A stretch of DNA of 53,642 nucleotides. Source: Welwitschia mirabilis. Taxonomy: Eukaryota. The notes under the pieces were generated by a model, which was not told the DNA's origin, did not search any database, and worked only from the letters and a program-made list of their open reading frames with translations. Below, piece by piece: positions 24,440-38,690 of the stretch. Positions within the stretch are counted from its first letter, which is position 1, and each line of letters begins with the position of its first letter. The stretch lies in contig JBOZIK010000001.1 of the NCBI GenBank assembly GCA_051453625.1, positions 45,999,428 through 46,053,069 on the forward strand, given 5' to 3'. A program made the position numbers and the translations under genes.

Positions 24440-27400
24440 TAGAGGGATAGCTATTTAAAAACATTTAAATGCTATGCAATGAATGGAAATGATGTAGTTT
24501 TAATCATTTAATAACTATTTTATTTTCTATTAAATTTTTGGGATAGACATTTTTGTATCAAGGAGATCTCTTCACCCTAAAAGATGTCTTTGGTTAAACT
24601 ACCCAGATTTTAATAAAATTTAAACTGCTATATCTTTGACCCTTAGTGTTCATGAATCCAAGGTGTAAAATTTGCTTAATTTCCTAAAAGCAGAGACATC
24701 TGTAATTTTGTACACATCTTTCAATACTTGAAGCAGTATAAACACCTTTAATTTGATAGATGTCTTTTACTTGTCTTTGCTTCTTGATTCAATATAGATG
24801 TCTTTGTCATTATAGATGTCTTTTCCTATGATAGATGTAATTGATATAGTATATGTCTTTTCTATAGATGTCTTCACATATGTAGATGTATTTAGTTAAT
24901 TATGCCTATCCTTCCTGAATTCTGAGCTAAAGCTTTTGTGTACTTTAAACTTTAAGGTGTTAACTAAATTGATTTTTTTGTGTTGCAATTTTGGTGTTTT
25001 CCAATTTTACCTATTTATGCATTAGATACATTGCATTTGACAAGTGAAATTATCAAATATGGGATTTGCCAACAACCTCTCCCTTTTTTAATAATTCCAA
25101 AACTTAGCAAATCTTATTAGTACAATCATATTTTAAAAATCAACTTAAGATAACTTAATCCAAGAGAGAACACAATGTCTTATAGGGTCATGATATAAAT
25201 ATCAATAGTTCAAAATTATTTGTTGACCACATATAATAATTTACATAATAGTAGAAAAGAAGTGGTGTAAATGGATTGAAATTACTGAATGCATGTTAAA
25301 ACTAAAGTATACTGCATAAAGAAAGAACATTAACAACAAATAATAAAAAATCATCAAAATTCATCCTGAAATGTATGCCAATAACTAGCAATGATCATCA
25401 ATAGTGATATTACTCATAGGAAGTCCAATTAATCTATTTTAAATTCACATCCTATAAACTCATATAGGATGTCTAATAATGTCCAATCTAATTTTTCCAT
25501 CTTTTCCCTCTTTTTGGATAGAACAAAGGAGCTAATTACTAAGAGATAAGTCACTTATGTACTAAGTACCATCTTCTACATCATCGCTATCATCGTTATT
25601 ATCCATAGTGGTAGAGATTTGAATAGTATACAAGGAAGAAGAAATGGATGAAGGTGTATGCCACTTCTTAGATGGTCAATGTGATGACTCACATGGACCT
25701 TAAGAGACCTATCTCCTCATATATGAATACATCTAAGCGGTAATGGAAGTATCAAAAAAGTTAATAATAGTTGTCTCAATAAAATGATAAGCTGAGGCTA
25801 AACTAGTACTAAGAGTTCAAGTTTTGCTAAGAGGTGGAGCATGGATGGGAATTGTGAGAGGTGGAGATGAAAGGTGAGGTGGAGATGGTGGATCAGGTGC
25901 TAGTGGAGGCTATGTAGAATGGTAAAGGCGTAATTTGCGATGGGGCTTGCAAAAAATAAGGGGCTTATCATTAGAGCTCTTAGAGTATGATCACTGCTTC
26001 CCCTATGCCTATGTCAGAGCTTGGTGCTCCCCCTTATCTTTACTAGAGCCTGGTGCTCTCCCTGTGCTTGTGCCTCCTCTTCAATGAATTCTAATAAATT
26101 AGAATCTATTACATGACCTGAGTTATATCCTATAGAAGAAAGTGCTAGAGATACCTCTGCTTCTGATGCCTTCTTTGAATTAGACCAAGTGGGAGTCCCC
26201 ATGGATTTCCAACTACCTATAGAAGCCTCTTCCTCTTGGTTCTTCTTCAATCTCAAGAGATTTTTTTCAATCTTTCCTACCATCTTTGCAATAGCCTTGA
26301 GACCCTTTTTTATTGATGATGAACTATGAGTAGATATAAACTAAGAGTACTGAAATTACACCTTAGGAGGTTTTTGCTTGTGCCTTTACTTGTTAGAACT
26401 GGTGCTTGCCACTTTTTACTAAATTTTGAAAATGGATTTTTAGGACGAATGAGATTAACCTATGATACTAAGATGTTGGCATTGCTAATAACCAAGCTAA
26501 TAAAGTAATGATAACTCAAGGTGTGGCCTCTACAAAAAAGTATAATGATATTCATATGTAAACCTGAGATCTATCTTCATTTATGTAAGAAGGCAATAGA
26601 CCACAAAAGTCTACATTAGGTTATAATAGCTATAGCTACCTCCTTGAGCAAGTATATTTTATAAGTTAATTAAACTTAAAATAAATGCATCCAATATCAT
26701 TTCTTTACATTTGACATTCTCATAGAAGTTTATTCTTGAATGTCTAAAAAGAACATTGCTCAACAAATGTCATAAAATATTAATAGAGTGACAGGTGAAA
26801 ATATCTTTTAAAGAATGCACATATAATTGTGAAAAATCTAAATCATTTATACCAAGCATAGAATTGACAAAAATAGATGTAATAAATAGAGAAGTACCTT
26901 ATATTTAAGTTTAAAACTTCCTAGTACTATCATCTATCTCATAAATATTAGCATAGGATTATCTAGCAATGAGGTTTAGAATGCTCTGCTCTAATTAAAC
27001 TACCATGTCCTAAATAAGATGTGAGAAATAAGTAAGAAGCTAATCTTTGCTATGCTTTTAGAATCTAGAGTTCTTTTTGTAATAATGGACTTTTTGATTC
27101 AAGTTTTAAAACATTTGATAGTTTATTCATGATAGAACTGTGGCTCATACTATGGTCTGTGTGTTTCAGTGATAGATGCCTTTTATTTGAAGACACCAGA
27201 GTTCTTTATCCTCATCATTTTGAAGAAAATACAAAAAAAACTAAACTTTTAGTAAGTAGATGTAAAAGAATTAGTATAAAAGAGCACTTGTCAAGGAAAA
27301 TATCACCTATTATACTAGCTATAAAGACATCTATACTGAGAGATCTAAGAAAAATTAGGCTAAGACGACTCTTAGAGGAACAACTACTGAGTGAAGAATT

Positions 27401-30345
27401 GAAAGGATAGATAGTAACCCATTTCTTAAATAAAAAATGATTAAAACCATCATTTTGGTGCACATTTTATTTTCTAATGTAGTTTATGAAAGATATTTAC
27501 CAAGTTAAAAACATGTAAAACAATGAAAGTGGACATCTATCTCTGCTAAAGAATTTTCTGATAATAAATTTTATGAGTTACTTGCATGTTGTAAAAATGT
27601 CTACATATTCAAAGATATCTATGGATTAGACATCTACAAACTAAAGACATCTCCATGATAGACATCTTTTACTTAAATATGTCTTCCCTGAAAAATGAAA
27701 AACTTTGAAATTTTCTACAACTAACATTATGATTAGATTATCATTGTAAAAAAGGTAAAGTAACATGCATATAATTGACTGAGATCAACTCATAGAATGT
27801 CATAGCTAAAGTTGAGATTTTGAAAGTGACTACTTGATAACTTACTTAATTAGGCAAGGCCTGATCCCTAAGTTTCTATATAATTTAACAAACTTGTTAC
27901 TAATCAGTGATTTAGTAAAAACATTTGCAAGTTGATCATCAGTATTAATGTACTGCAGCATGATATTCTTTTTTTGTACATGCTATTTGAGAAAATGATG
28001 TTTAATCTTCATATGTTTGATTCTTGAATGCTAAATTGGATTCTTTAAGCTATTAATAGCACTTTTGTTATCAAAAAGGATAAGAATGCTTTCCATGGAT
28101 AGTCTAAAATCTTTTAAGAATTGGTTCATCTAAAGTAACTAAGCATAAGAACTTCTAGTAGTGATGTATTCAATGTCAGCAGTTGAGAGGGTAGTCGAGT
28201 TTTGCTTGTCACTACTCTAAGACATCAAACATTGCCTAAGTAAGAAGCAATTTCCACTTGTTCTCCTTTTATTATCATTGTAACATACCTAATTTGTATC
28301 ATAATATCTAAGTAAATCAAGATAGAAGTCCTTTAAATTCCAAAGGCTCTAATTAGTAGTATCTTTTAAATAGTAAACAATTCTATTAACTATTGTAAGA
28401 TTTGATTCTCTTAGACCACTTTGATAATGAGCAAAAATGCCTATATACAAAATAATATTAGGAATACTAGCAGTAAGATATAATATACTACCAACCATAC
28501 CTTGGTATAGCTTTTGATTAATATTATTACCATGCTCATCTTTGTCTAGTTTTGTGCTTTGGCTCATTGGGATATCTTTGGACTTATAATCCTATAGGTC
28601 ATACTTGTCTAGCAGATTTTTAACATATTTAGTTTGAGAAATGAATGTACCTTATTTATGTTACACTAATTGAAGCCTCAAGAAGTTGCTCATTTCTCTC
28701 TTGATACTTATTTCAAACTCATCTTACATAATATTAGCAAACTACTTACATAATAACTTGTTAGTAGCCTAAACATAATATCATCCACATAGATTTGTAC
28801 AATAGTAAAATCCTTACCATTCTTTACCATCCTTTTTAATAAACATTGTGACATTAGATGTACTTCTTGTAAATCTATTTTCTATTAGATGACTTGAGAG
28901 TTTCTCGTACTAACGCTTAGATGCTTATTAAGCCCATAGAGAGCCTTTTTCAGTTTGTGAACATAGTTTATTTTATGAAAGTTAGTAAACACTTCAAGCT
29001 GCTTAACATATACTTCCTCTTGAAGTAATCCATTTAGAAAGGCACTTTTAACATTCATCTAATAGAGTCTAAATCCTTTGACATGTGTAAAGGCTATAAT
29101 CATTCTTATAGACTCTATATGAGCCATTGGAGAAAAGGTTTCTTCAAAGTCTACCTTTTTATTAGTTATATCCTTTAGTTAGTAAACTTTATTTATTTCT
29201 AATAACATTATCATTTTCATCTGTTNNNNNNNNNNNNNNNNNNNNNNNNNNNNNNNNNNNNNNNNNNNNNNNNNNNNNNNNNNNNNNNNNNNNNNNNNNN
29301 NNNNNNNNNNNNNNNNNNNNNNNNNTTAGTAAACTTTATTTATTTCTAATAACATTATCATTTTCCTCTGTTTTATTTTGACAGACTTATTTTGTGGTAA
29401 TGACAAGTCTGTTGGATGGTCTTGGAGTAAGTTCCTAGACATTAAACCTTTTAAATTGATTAAGTTCCTCTTACATTGCTACTAGACATTAAACCTTTTA
29501 AATTGATTAAGTTCCTCTTACATTACTACCATCTAACATTTATCACTTTTGTCTTTATTGAAATTTTTGGGTTCTACCTATAAGATATATGATACAAATT
29601 CATAAAATGTCTTAGTACAACTTCAATTTGAATATCACCATACAAAATACCTATGATGTTGCTTGTAGAAGGACTTCTATTTATTTTGATCATGTTTGAA
29701 GAAGTTTTCTTATTTATTTCTTCTTCTTTCTCCTCTTTAATATTTGACCATGCTTGAGGGTCGCTAGATGATTGTTCAAGATATATAAAATATAGACATC
29801 CTACACACAAATAGAAGTTAATTCACTATCATCTATTTTTAATGTATAGTTTGCTCTACTACACAAGTTCTATTGTGGAACACTCAGTAGGCTTTATTAA
29901 CCATGGAATAACCTAGAAAAATATCATTGTCAACTTTGGAATCAAATTTTCTTATTTGATTCTTTTTATTTAAGATAGAACATTTTAAGTAAAATACATG
30001 AAAATAACTCACTAATGGTTTTTTACTAAACCATAATTCGTTTGAGGTTTTAGAAGTAAAGCATCTTCCCAAAACTCAATTGGAAATGTAACATGTAGTA
30101 TTAATGGCTTCTGCCGAAAATGATATGAAACCTATTTATTGTGCATCATTGCTCTTGGTATTTCATTTAGACCCCTATTCTTTCTTTCAGCAACTCCATT
30201 TTTTTGTGGAGTTCTTGGTGTAAAGAATTGGTGAAGAGTACCAAACTCTTCATAAAAATCTTTGAATCTTGCATTTTTAAAATTTAGTATTGTTATTACT
30301 TTTTACTATCTTGATCTTGTATCCTTTTTTGTTTTGTTTTCTTAA
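24440..30345 (-). mobile_element. Sirevirus (SIRE)-like Ty1/Copia: integrase, RT, RNase H, env-like region, multiple PPTs, 3' LTR ending 25074
   Basis: Integrase: 'TPRTPQKNGVAERKNR' (~30175-30225) and ORF 29884..30072 'KFDSKVDNDIFLGYS'. RT: 'IVQIYVDDIMF' (YVDD at 28780-28791) and ORF 28349..28567 'LYQGMVGSILYLTAS'. RNase H: 'QLANVFTKSL' (~27905-27935). Minus-strand AAAAAAGGGAGAGGT|TGTTGG is the PPT/LTR junction at 25074/25075; a second PPT lies near 25502. Env-like relic ~27400-25560 has a Pro-rich stretch. Left LTR boundary is uncertain. Confidence 0.9.
29435..29528. repeat. 47-bp tandem duplication inside the SIRE RT
   Basis: CTAGACATTAAACCTTTTAAATTGATTAAGTTCCTCTTACATT(G/A)CTA twice, with 1 mismatch. 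Confidence 0.95.
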
Positions 30346-30349
30346 AACA

Positions 30350-30491
30350 TAAAAATGCTAATAAAGGAGTAAGTAAAATTTAATCCTAGGTTTTGTTGTA
30401 TTTATTAGGTAATAATATTAAAGAAGGAAGAAAGAGAAAATAAAATAGAAAAAAATTTCTTAATTAGGGTAAGAGATGAGATGTTATCACA
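30350..30491 (+). mobile_element. 3'-terminal fragment of the Tekay-like LTR family
   Basis: AAGGAGTAAGTAAAATTTAATCCTAGGTTTTGTTG...TTCTTAATTAGGGTAA matches 1766-1870 and 5720-5810. Confidence 0.65.
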
Positions 30492-30494
30492 CAT

Positions 30495-32400
30495 TCACAA
30501 GGTGTTATTTCCATTTTGCATAATCACTATTAGGACTTCTATTTTTATGGTGACAAAAACCAAAATTAATGGAATGGTTCATAAGCTTATATAGTGAGTA
30601 AGATCCATTTTCTGCAATAATTTTATCGCTAACAATACTATGTTACTTTGTAAAATATTAACTTCTTGAAAAACACAAGTTTCATTATCATTCTAATCTA
30701 GGTACTAGAGCATTTAAAAAAGACTAAAAAAGATCCATTTACAAAGTTTTTAATTTTGTTACTAAGAAGAATTAAAGAAGAATTAAAAACAAAAGATGAA
30801 TGAAGTGTAAAAATGTCAAAATATAACAAATAGATAAGCATCAAAACAATGGTAAGGAATCCAAAAACAGAGGCAAACAAAATATGTGATAAAATTACTA
30901 AGGTTTCATCTTTAAAACATTTCTAGTATGATCATTTTCTATTTTAAGCATTCATCCATAATATGAAAAAACTACGTACCATATTTATAAAGTCCAAATA
31001 AGCATAGCTTAATAAAACAACCTTTACAAAACTGATATAGAATGCACTAATGATATTGGTTCTAGAATATTCTAGAAAAGTAGTAATTAGAATGGGTGCC
31101 ATAACATCCATGGCATGAATGCTATTGTTGCCATTTTTTTTGCATCTACAAAGTAGATGCAACTATGAAAAAGGTTATATCATAAATGCATTCCTCTTTC
31201 TTCTCACCTTCTCTTCCTGTCAACAATGTACTAACATAACATAGTAGAGGTGTAGTAAAAGTAACCTCATAAAATCAAGGAGTGCATTGTTTTTTATTAT
31301 AGTGCCATGTGTTCCATGAATGAAAAGTCATAACACTCCTACCATAAGCTCATTATGAAAGGGGATGATGTTTGTATATGTTCTTTACATTTATTAAGAG
31401 ATGGAAGGTTGTTTAGATTCTTCTCTTCATTAATACATATCTATGTTATTTGTTAAAAAATATAAACAAGATACATCAACACTAGTTCACCAATATTCTT
31501 TCAAGAAGAAAGGAGGATAAAAGTAGGTCTTCTTATTTTATCATGCAGTAAACATGATGTGTTGTCCTATTTTAACCTCTGTATGTAATACAGTAGTGGT
31601 TGACAAATTTATCTTCATGAAATAGAATAATATAACTTGAACAATGCTACCAATTTTCCATTTTCATATCTTTATCACTAGGTGTGCTATAGATGTTTGT
31701 GGAACATCTCCAACATATCAGCTTTCTATATCCTATCAATTTTAGTTTTAGTTTTTTAGCACTTCATGATGTAAGATCATAATGCTTTAGCTACCAAACA
31801 GAATTTATTTTTATTTCTCAATGCTCCATGATATTATGGTGTCTATCTAGATAGCTCTTTCTCAATCTTCTTGATCTTTATCTTAATGTTTTTAGTATAT
31901 CCTTTTAATTTTTTCAACTAAAATTCTAGAACATTGATCTTCAATGGATTCATCTTCTAATTCTGAAGAAACACAAATCATAAAAACTAATTTCTCCTAA
32001 GATTAGGTTATTTAACTTTGGTAACCTTTAAAACCTTAGTACTTAATGAAAATAATCTCACTTTCTTTGTTCTTATACCTTTGCAATATCATATGAATCA
32101 TTATGATGTATATTTGTATCTTAACTTTGACCATAATTAAAGTTGATTATTATTTAGTTAATGAAATAAACAAATATGTCTAACTTCTCGAATAATCATA
32201 ACCACTTATTACAACTTTTCTTTTAAGGTTTCATTAAGGAACATCACTTCTACTATATCACTTCATGTTTTAAGGATGAAATCACAAGCTCTAATATCAT
32301 GTCAGAATTTGAAACAAGTATGCACTAATACCATGTTTAAAAATAAACATAGAAGTTAAAATTATTTCATGAATATCAAAAAAAAAGTAAAGGAACTTTC
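30495..32400 (-). mobile_element. Very old Ty1/Copia 5' relic (PBS-Met, gag, zinc knuckle)
   Basis: GCTCTAATATCA (32288-32299) resembles GCTCTGATACCA (tRNA-Met PBS, minus) and abuts TG at 32300. 'CRCKKNGN' in ORF 30944..31162 is knuckle-like. Other motifs are weak. Confidence 0.4.
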
Positions 32401-33299
32401 AATGTATTTCAAATGTTATAAATAATTAATAATTGATAATGTAACATTATTATAAATAGCTATTTCATCAAGTAATAAGGACAAGTATTTCATCATACTT
32501 TATTTTAACTCTAAAATATTTCTTCTTATTACGATTCTTATTACATTTGAAATGAATGTTCTTTGTTTATATTACATTCAATCAAGAGGAAAATTATAAT
32601 TTTTTATTGTAAAATAAACACATTGTTTCATGTTCCATTAATCAAGTTAACAATTGATAAATTCATTATTTTAAATTACTAACATATCTTTTATGGATTA
32701 TGAAGCCCAAATTTGCAATAATGATAAGCAACACGTGAATGAATTCACATCTTATGAATAGAGATAAGTTATCATAAAAATTAAGACCTTTGTATTAAAA
32801 ATAAACATTTATGACTACAGATGATCATATTCATAAAATTTAATATGGAAGACCCACTTCAAATCTAGGATAGTTTTATTAAATGGATAGGTTACAAGTA
32901 CCTTTGAATCATTTGCTATTATTTGATTTATTTTTTTTTTGGTCTATAGTAGTAGTCCATTCTAGTTTCAAACTTTCTTTTGCGAAATTAGAAGCCTATT
33001 CTAGGTTGTTGCCTCTTATAGTAGTAAACAAAGCAAAATGACCATGATCACCTTTTCAATTTTCAAAATTTACATCGTTAAGTAATATATAAAAGGAATA
33101 GATTCATTATTTTCACCATGCTTAAGACTTTTTGGGACTTGAGTAAATAAACATTAAAATGAGACCTATAAGAGGCATTAATAATAGAAATTTAAAGTGT
33201 TTTTTAAGAAAGAAGGATGAAGTTAAGGTGTGAATGAAATTAATACTAGAAAAAATTAAGCCAGATCAAATTATCACTACTTGTAGTTTCCTAGCAACA

Positions 33300-36200
33300 C
33301 AAGTAGTGATGAAACTATAGCATATTATCAATTCATGATGGAATCTAGCAATATTGTCTTCCATATAATTGATACTTATCATTGGCCACTCATGATTCAA
33401 TGATCACACATTTTCCTAAAATAATTTACCACTTAGCATCACTCAACAATGATATCTATTAAAACCATCTATTTATAGTTTCTTAAAACTATTGCCACTC
33501 ACCATCACCTAATGATGTAAGTAATGATGGTAATAGTTACATAATTAACTTGAATAATATATTTTCCAACATTTCTTAAATCAAAATATACATAAGCAAG
33601 AGGCTTATCCTTATAAATTAATCTTTCTAAGTGCTTGGATAATGTAACAAAAGTAGTAAGTGTTAAAAAACCAATTGGGAAAGCCTTAAAACTTGGTCCC
33701 TTATCTTATATTATTTGTTAGGGTAAGACCCTTGTTTCTAAGTCATCAATATAATTCATATACTTATTTTTAATACATTCATTTAATAAATCTCATTTTC
33801 TATTCCTCAAAGTATTTATTGTATTATATTATAGATGAATACTTTCATTTCTTATGTATGCATGATTCATAGTTTGATGACTAACTAGATAAAAAAACAA
33901 ATAGATCCTACTAGTGACTTGAATTATGTATATTAGATGCATTATTGGTTTTCTTTAAATTTTTAATTAAGTTTTTGCAATAGAAATTTGCATTTATTAT
34001 CTCTATATTTCTTTTTCCCTCTGTAACCTCTTGTCTAACACTTGAGATTCTTAAATGATGTGAAATACATTCTTTAAGATATATACAATAGTTCCATCAC
34101 ATTTCCATGCCATTCCATCACATTTCAACACCATTGTTGGTAATGGTAAATAAGTATTATAGAAAGGATAAGGTTTCAATAAGATACAAGTAAGGTTAGG
34201 ACTTCCATGCTTTGTTTTATATTCTTGATAAAATTAAGTAGTGAATAAAGATAGAAATTGGTCTATAAATCCTATTTGGGTTTGATTACTTTATTACCCA
34301 ATAGTTTATGCTTTTCTTTTCTTTAATCAATAATAAAACCACTAAGTAAAGTCTTGGTAATTAAGGCCTTATGAATTTTCACACCTTCCATCTTTCCTTT
34401 TGTTTTTATTTTCAGTTATGTTCTAATAAAATCTTGTAATAACCATAATTTTTATCTCATCATATTCCTTAAAGATTAAGTAGTAATGAAAGGCTTATTA
34501 GAGAAAATATGAGAGATGGATCATTTAATTATAGATAACATTATAACCCTAGGCCAAATCCATGAACTTCATTGAACTATGTTGCATCATTTCATTTAAT
34601 TAAAGTTGAACTCAAAAGTGGAGAATTTAAATAACTTCCTAGCAAAAATTACTTTCCTCCTTATCCAATTCATCAAAATCTACTAGTAATAGATTATCTC
34701 CTTCAACTAGACCTTCTGATCCAATAATTATTTCTTTAAATAATAAAATGAGTACTTCAACTAGCCCAAGTGCCTCCCTAAAAGACTTATTGATAAATCA
34801 TAAAAAGAAGGCTAATAACCCCTTTCTTTTCTTAGTTGAAGAGGAATTAGAAATTTGAAATCTTTCTACATATCATACCTTTTATCCTCATGATAATGAA
34901 GACTCCTATAGTCATTTTATTAAAATAGGATAGATTTGTGAAAACAACTAGAAAAGATGTAACATAGGACATTTTTAAAAGTATGCCCAAGCATTATCAA
35001 AGACAAACCAAAAGTATGGTTTTTTTATTTACCCAACCATGATATTTACAATTATAATGGAATGATCACAACATTTTTTGAATAATACTTACCTAGTACT
35101 AATTAAAACGAAGAAGACTATTTACTCTATGAGCAATTAGTAGCTTCATCTTAATAAAACTAACTTTATTTAAGTCTTATCAACTTTTCATGTTAAATAA
35201 TAGGTAACTACTACTAGTCAACATTTTGTTTGCTAACTTTTCTTAACTTTCTACTAACTTTCCACTAAAATGTTTCTTAAAAATCCTTCAAACTTCTCCA
35301 TTTTTTTGTATTTATTATGGAATGTAAATCTAATTAATATGTTTTTTATTACTTTATATGAAAAATAAATTATACATGTTATGAATTTATGGTATTCTAA
35401 CATGTTATATATTACATTGATTTATACTAATTTATTAAGAAATATTTATATAACATGGTTTTTGAGGTGATTGTAAATCTTATTTTAGATAAGAAATCAT
35501 GGTACCTTTCAAGCAAAAAAAAACATTAATTATTTAGTTTACATACATTTATCATTTAATAAAAGAATTTATACTAAATTCCTAAATCTAATTCAAGTCT
35601 TTATAGTAGTTTATGAAAAAGGACTAGTAAATCTAGTTGAAGTTGCATTGTAACTGGAAAAAAACAATTGGGAGGAGAGAGGGGTGGGGTGGGGTGGCTA
35701 GATCTACATTATATATTCAAATTGTAAATTTTTTCTTTGATCGTATTTAAAAATTAACTTTTTACATTATTCCTATAGTTTCATTAAAATCATTTAATTT
35801 TGTTTGTATTACTATACTCTCATTTGTATCTTTTAGTGAAATATTAAATCTAGTTAAAGATTTTTAGATAAAACACTCTTGTATTTATCTTATATTTATG
35901 TTATAATTCTTTTAAAATTTTGTAATGTTGGAAAAATGACCCAAAAAGAAATAATTCCACATCTTTTAATCATATTGTTCTAGTGTTTAATGCATTTTAA
36001 TGATGTTTATAATTACTAAAGTTATGTTATACTTGAAAGAGATAGCTCCTAATTTTATTTCATTATTGAATATTTGTGTCAATGTTTTATTAATAATCTT
36101 TCATTCACTCATAATTTTTAGTTTTAAGATTGTCAACTTTTTAGATTTGCAAACTTTTTAACTATTGCTGACTAGCCTAATAGTTAAGGAAAAAAGTAAG

Positions 36201-37506
36201 TGAATTGAAATAGAATAATGAGGAATATTATTGTATAGCTTTTGAATAATTCATAGGCTATGTTATGTAAAATACAAGCAAAAACTTATAATCATACTAA
36301 CTTATAAGCTACTTTTTTGAAGAAAGTAACCCTTACACTAAATAAATGGTTCATTTTGCAAGTGTGAAAACCATATTGGATAAAGATCCCTAATCACTAA
36401 GGAAAAGTAAAGAAAATTCAAGAAATAAAAAAGACATGACAAATAGCTAAAACCCAAAACCATATTTATGAGAGATTTAATGAAAGAACTCAAATCTATT
36501 GAACGCCCTCAAAAAATAGTTTTCAGTCAAGAAGAAACATACTTAATTAAATATTTTAATTCAATAATGAGATAATTTTCTTGAAATGAATTAAAAAAGT
36601 CTAAAAATAAAGTTAAAAAAAGCATGACTTGGAGCTTCATACCACTTTTGTGAGGATGACAATTATAAAGCTAAACAATGTTCAAGTTTTGCCACTTGTA
36701 AAGATCTCACTTTTGAATAAGTCTACATCTTTAATTTACAATCTAATGCACAAGCTTAAAGAGACACTTGGATAGCATTTAATTCTTGGTTTTGAATTTT
36801 GGCAATAATGCCCTAAGATTTCCTTATAATAACTTAAATTCTTATTATTTAAGGGGTAATACTAATGAAAATTAGAAGCAAGATATATTTAAATCAATTT
36901 TAGATGATCTTGTAAAACAAACATAAGAAACAAATAAAAAAATAAAGAAAATATTAGAAATCTTGTAATAAATAATTCTGGGTGATCAATAGAAATGACA
37001 AACAATTCCCTCATAGCCTTATGCTAATAAAAATAATGTAAGGGATTATAAGGTAGTGATATAAAGGGAGATAAATAGTAATCCTAAAATTCCAATTAAT
37101 TTAGATGAGGAAAAGAGTAAACATGACAATGAAGAAGTGACTTCAACCAACTTTTTTAACATCTTACAATACTAGGAATAGCCAAATCAATAAAGAATCA
37201 AACCCTTGAATGAAGCATTTAAAGTTAACTTTAGTATACGATGAATACCTAAGGGAAATAATAAAGGAAATTAATATTAATCTACTTCTTTAAAAAATCT
37301 TCATGATAGTCCCAATGTCATTCTCGCATAGTTATAGATAAGAAGAACTATTAATAAATCAAGCACAACGATAATAAGTATAAGAGAGTGAAACTTTATA
37401 AGAGATTTAGGAATAGGACATAGCATTCAAATTAGCATAATAACTTTATGAAAAAGCATAAGTACTAAAGTAAATTTGCATATCTATTACTCCAAGTTAA
37501 TCATAG
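33300..37506 (+). mobile_element. Old Athila-like element: LTR end ~34120, decayed PBS, gag relic
   Basis: ...CCATCA is followed by TTTCAACACCATTGTTGGTAA, which differs from the Athila PBS almost only by transitions. Gag: 'HDNEDSYSHF...KDKPKVWFFYLPNHDIYNYNGMITTFFE*YLP' (~34880-35095) and 'KQFPS*PYAN...YKVV' (~37000-37060). 35100-36100 may be an insertion. Left boundary is uncertain. Confidence 0.6.
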
Positions 37507-38690
37507 TGACATAATCTCATTGAACGTAGACATAAGGCTCATATAGTTTTAGTTCAAACACAATAGTATAATATCATCTATTATAGACATGAGGGTAATA
37601 TATTCAAGCCACCTAGTCTTCATAGTAAGAATAAAAAGTAATGGTTTTCCAAAATCCATCAAATAAACATTCATGTTATATAAGATAGAATAAAAAAGAG
37701 AATCACCAGAAAGATCTTAAAGTAATAACATGCCTTAGCCAATCCTAAGAATTACAAGTATGATATTCATCAAAACTTGATATTAAAGTAATGCATCAAG
37801 AACATGTAATACTGTACTATTAGAAAATTAAATACATGTAATCTATGAAAGTATTTATGGTAAACCAAAACATATCATGCTAGCTTAATAGTTAGTCCAT
37901 CCTTATGGAAGTCTTATAAAAAACTCATGACTAAAGGTCTAATTTCTTGTACAATATGACAATGATATGATGTCCTTCAAGTGAAGTAAGGTAGGGTATT
38001 TATATATCATAATTAGGGTTTCAAATCCCTAATGAAACTAATTTTTAGAATGCCCAAGTGTATGAGGTCATTCTTTAGTCATGGAATCAAATTAAGGGGC
38101 TCTTTATTGGAAATATTCCTTATTCATCTTCTATTTTTGGAAATTCTTAGAATGGATTACTTACATTGAGAAACCCTAAGAACATAAATATGAATTAATT
38201 TTGATCATAGTAACACAATTATTACCACTCTAGAACCAATAATGCCATTAATAATGCTTGGCATACCTCCATCTTCTACCCAAAAAACTCCAGATGATCT
38301 AAATATCCTATAAAATAATAGTTTTAAGATAGATTATTAGTAAAATTAGATTTCCATGGCCTTAATTATAATAAATACGAAAAATCATCATGATGATTAA
38401 TTAAGCATGATAATAAGGTATAAATTCCTTAACATAAATGTTAATTTTTGCATGTTATCATACCCTCTAACCAACATTTTACTAGTTTCTTAACATAAAT
38501 TTATATTAGATTGTTTAATATGAAAAAATTGCAAATTGAAGTAATCAAATATGAATAGATGAAGGGATTAAAATAATTGGTTAATGTAATCTAAAATTAC
38601 ACTTAAGCAAAAGGATAAATAATGAAAGGTAGGTATTTAATTGAAATGTCACTCCCTTCAACTAAAGTTGAACTTTGATCTCAAAGTTTG
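37507..38690 (-). mobile_element. Tekay-like 3' LTR (37507-38651) with adjacent PPT
   Basis: Terminal inverted repeat TGACAT...ATGTCA. Minus strand AAACTTTGAGATCAAAGTT..TTGAAGGGAG|TGACA resembles the chromovirus pre-PPT palindrome plus PPT. Confidence 0.6.

Noticed and set aside
24700..24900. AGATGTCT repeats and the 34-bp and 47-bp duplications as a CRISPR-like array
   Set aside because: Repeats are too short and irregular or have only two copies, there are no cas genes, and the context is a eukaryotic LTR.
35100..36100. Helitron or MITE inserted in the Athila gag
   Set aside because: It looks like an insertion, but I could not confirm a TIR, a TSD or a 3' hairpin with CTAG.
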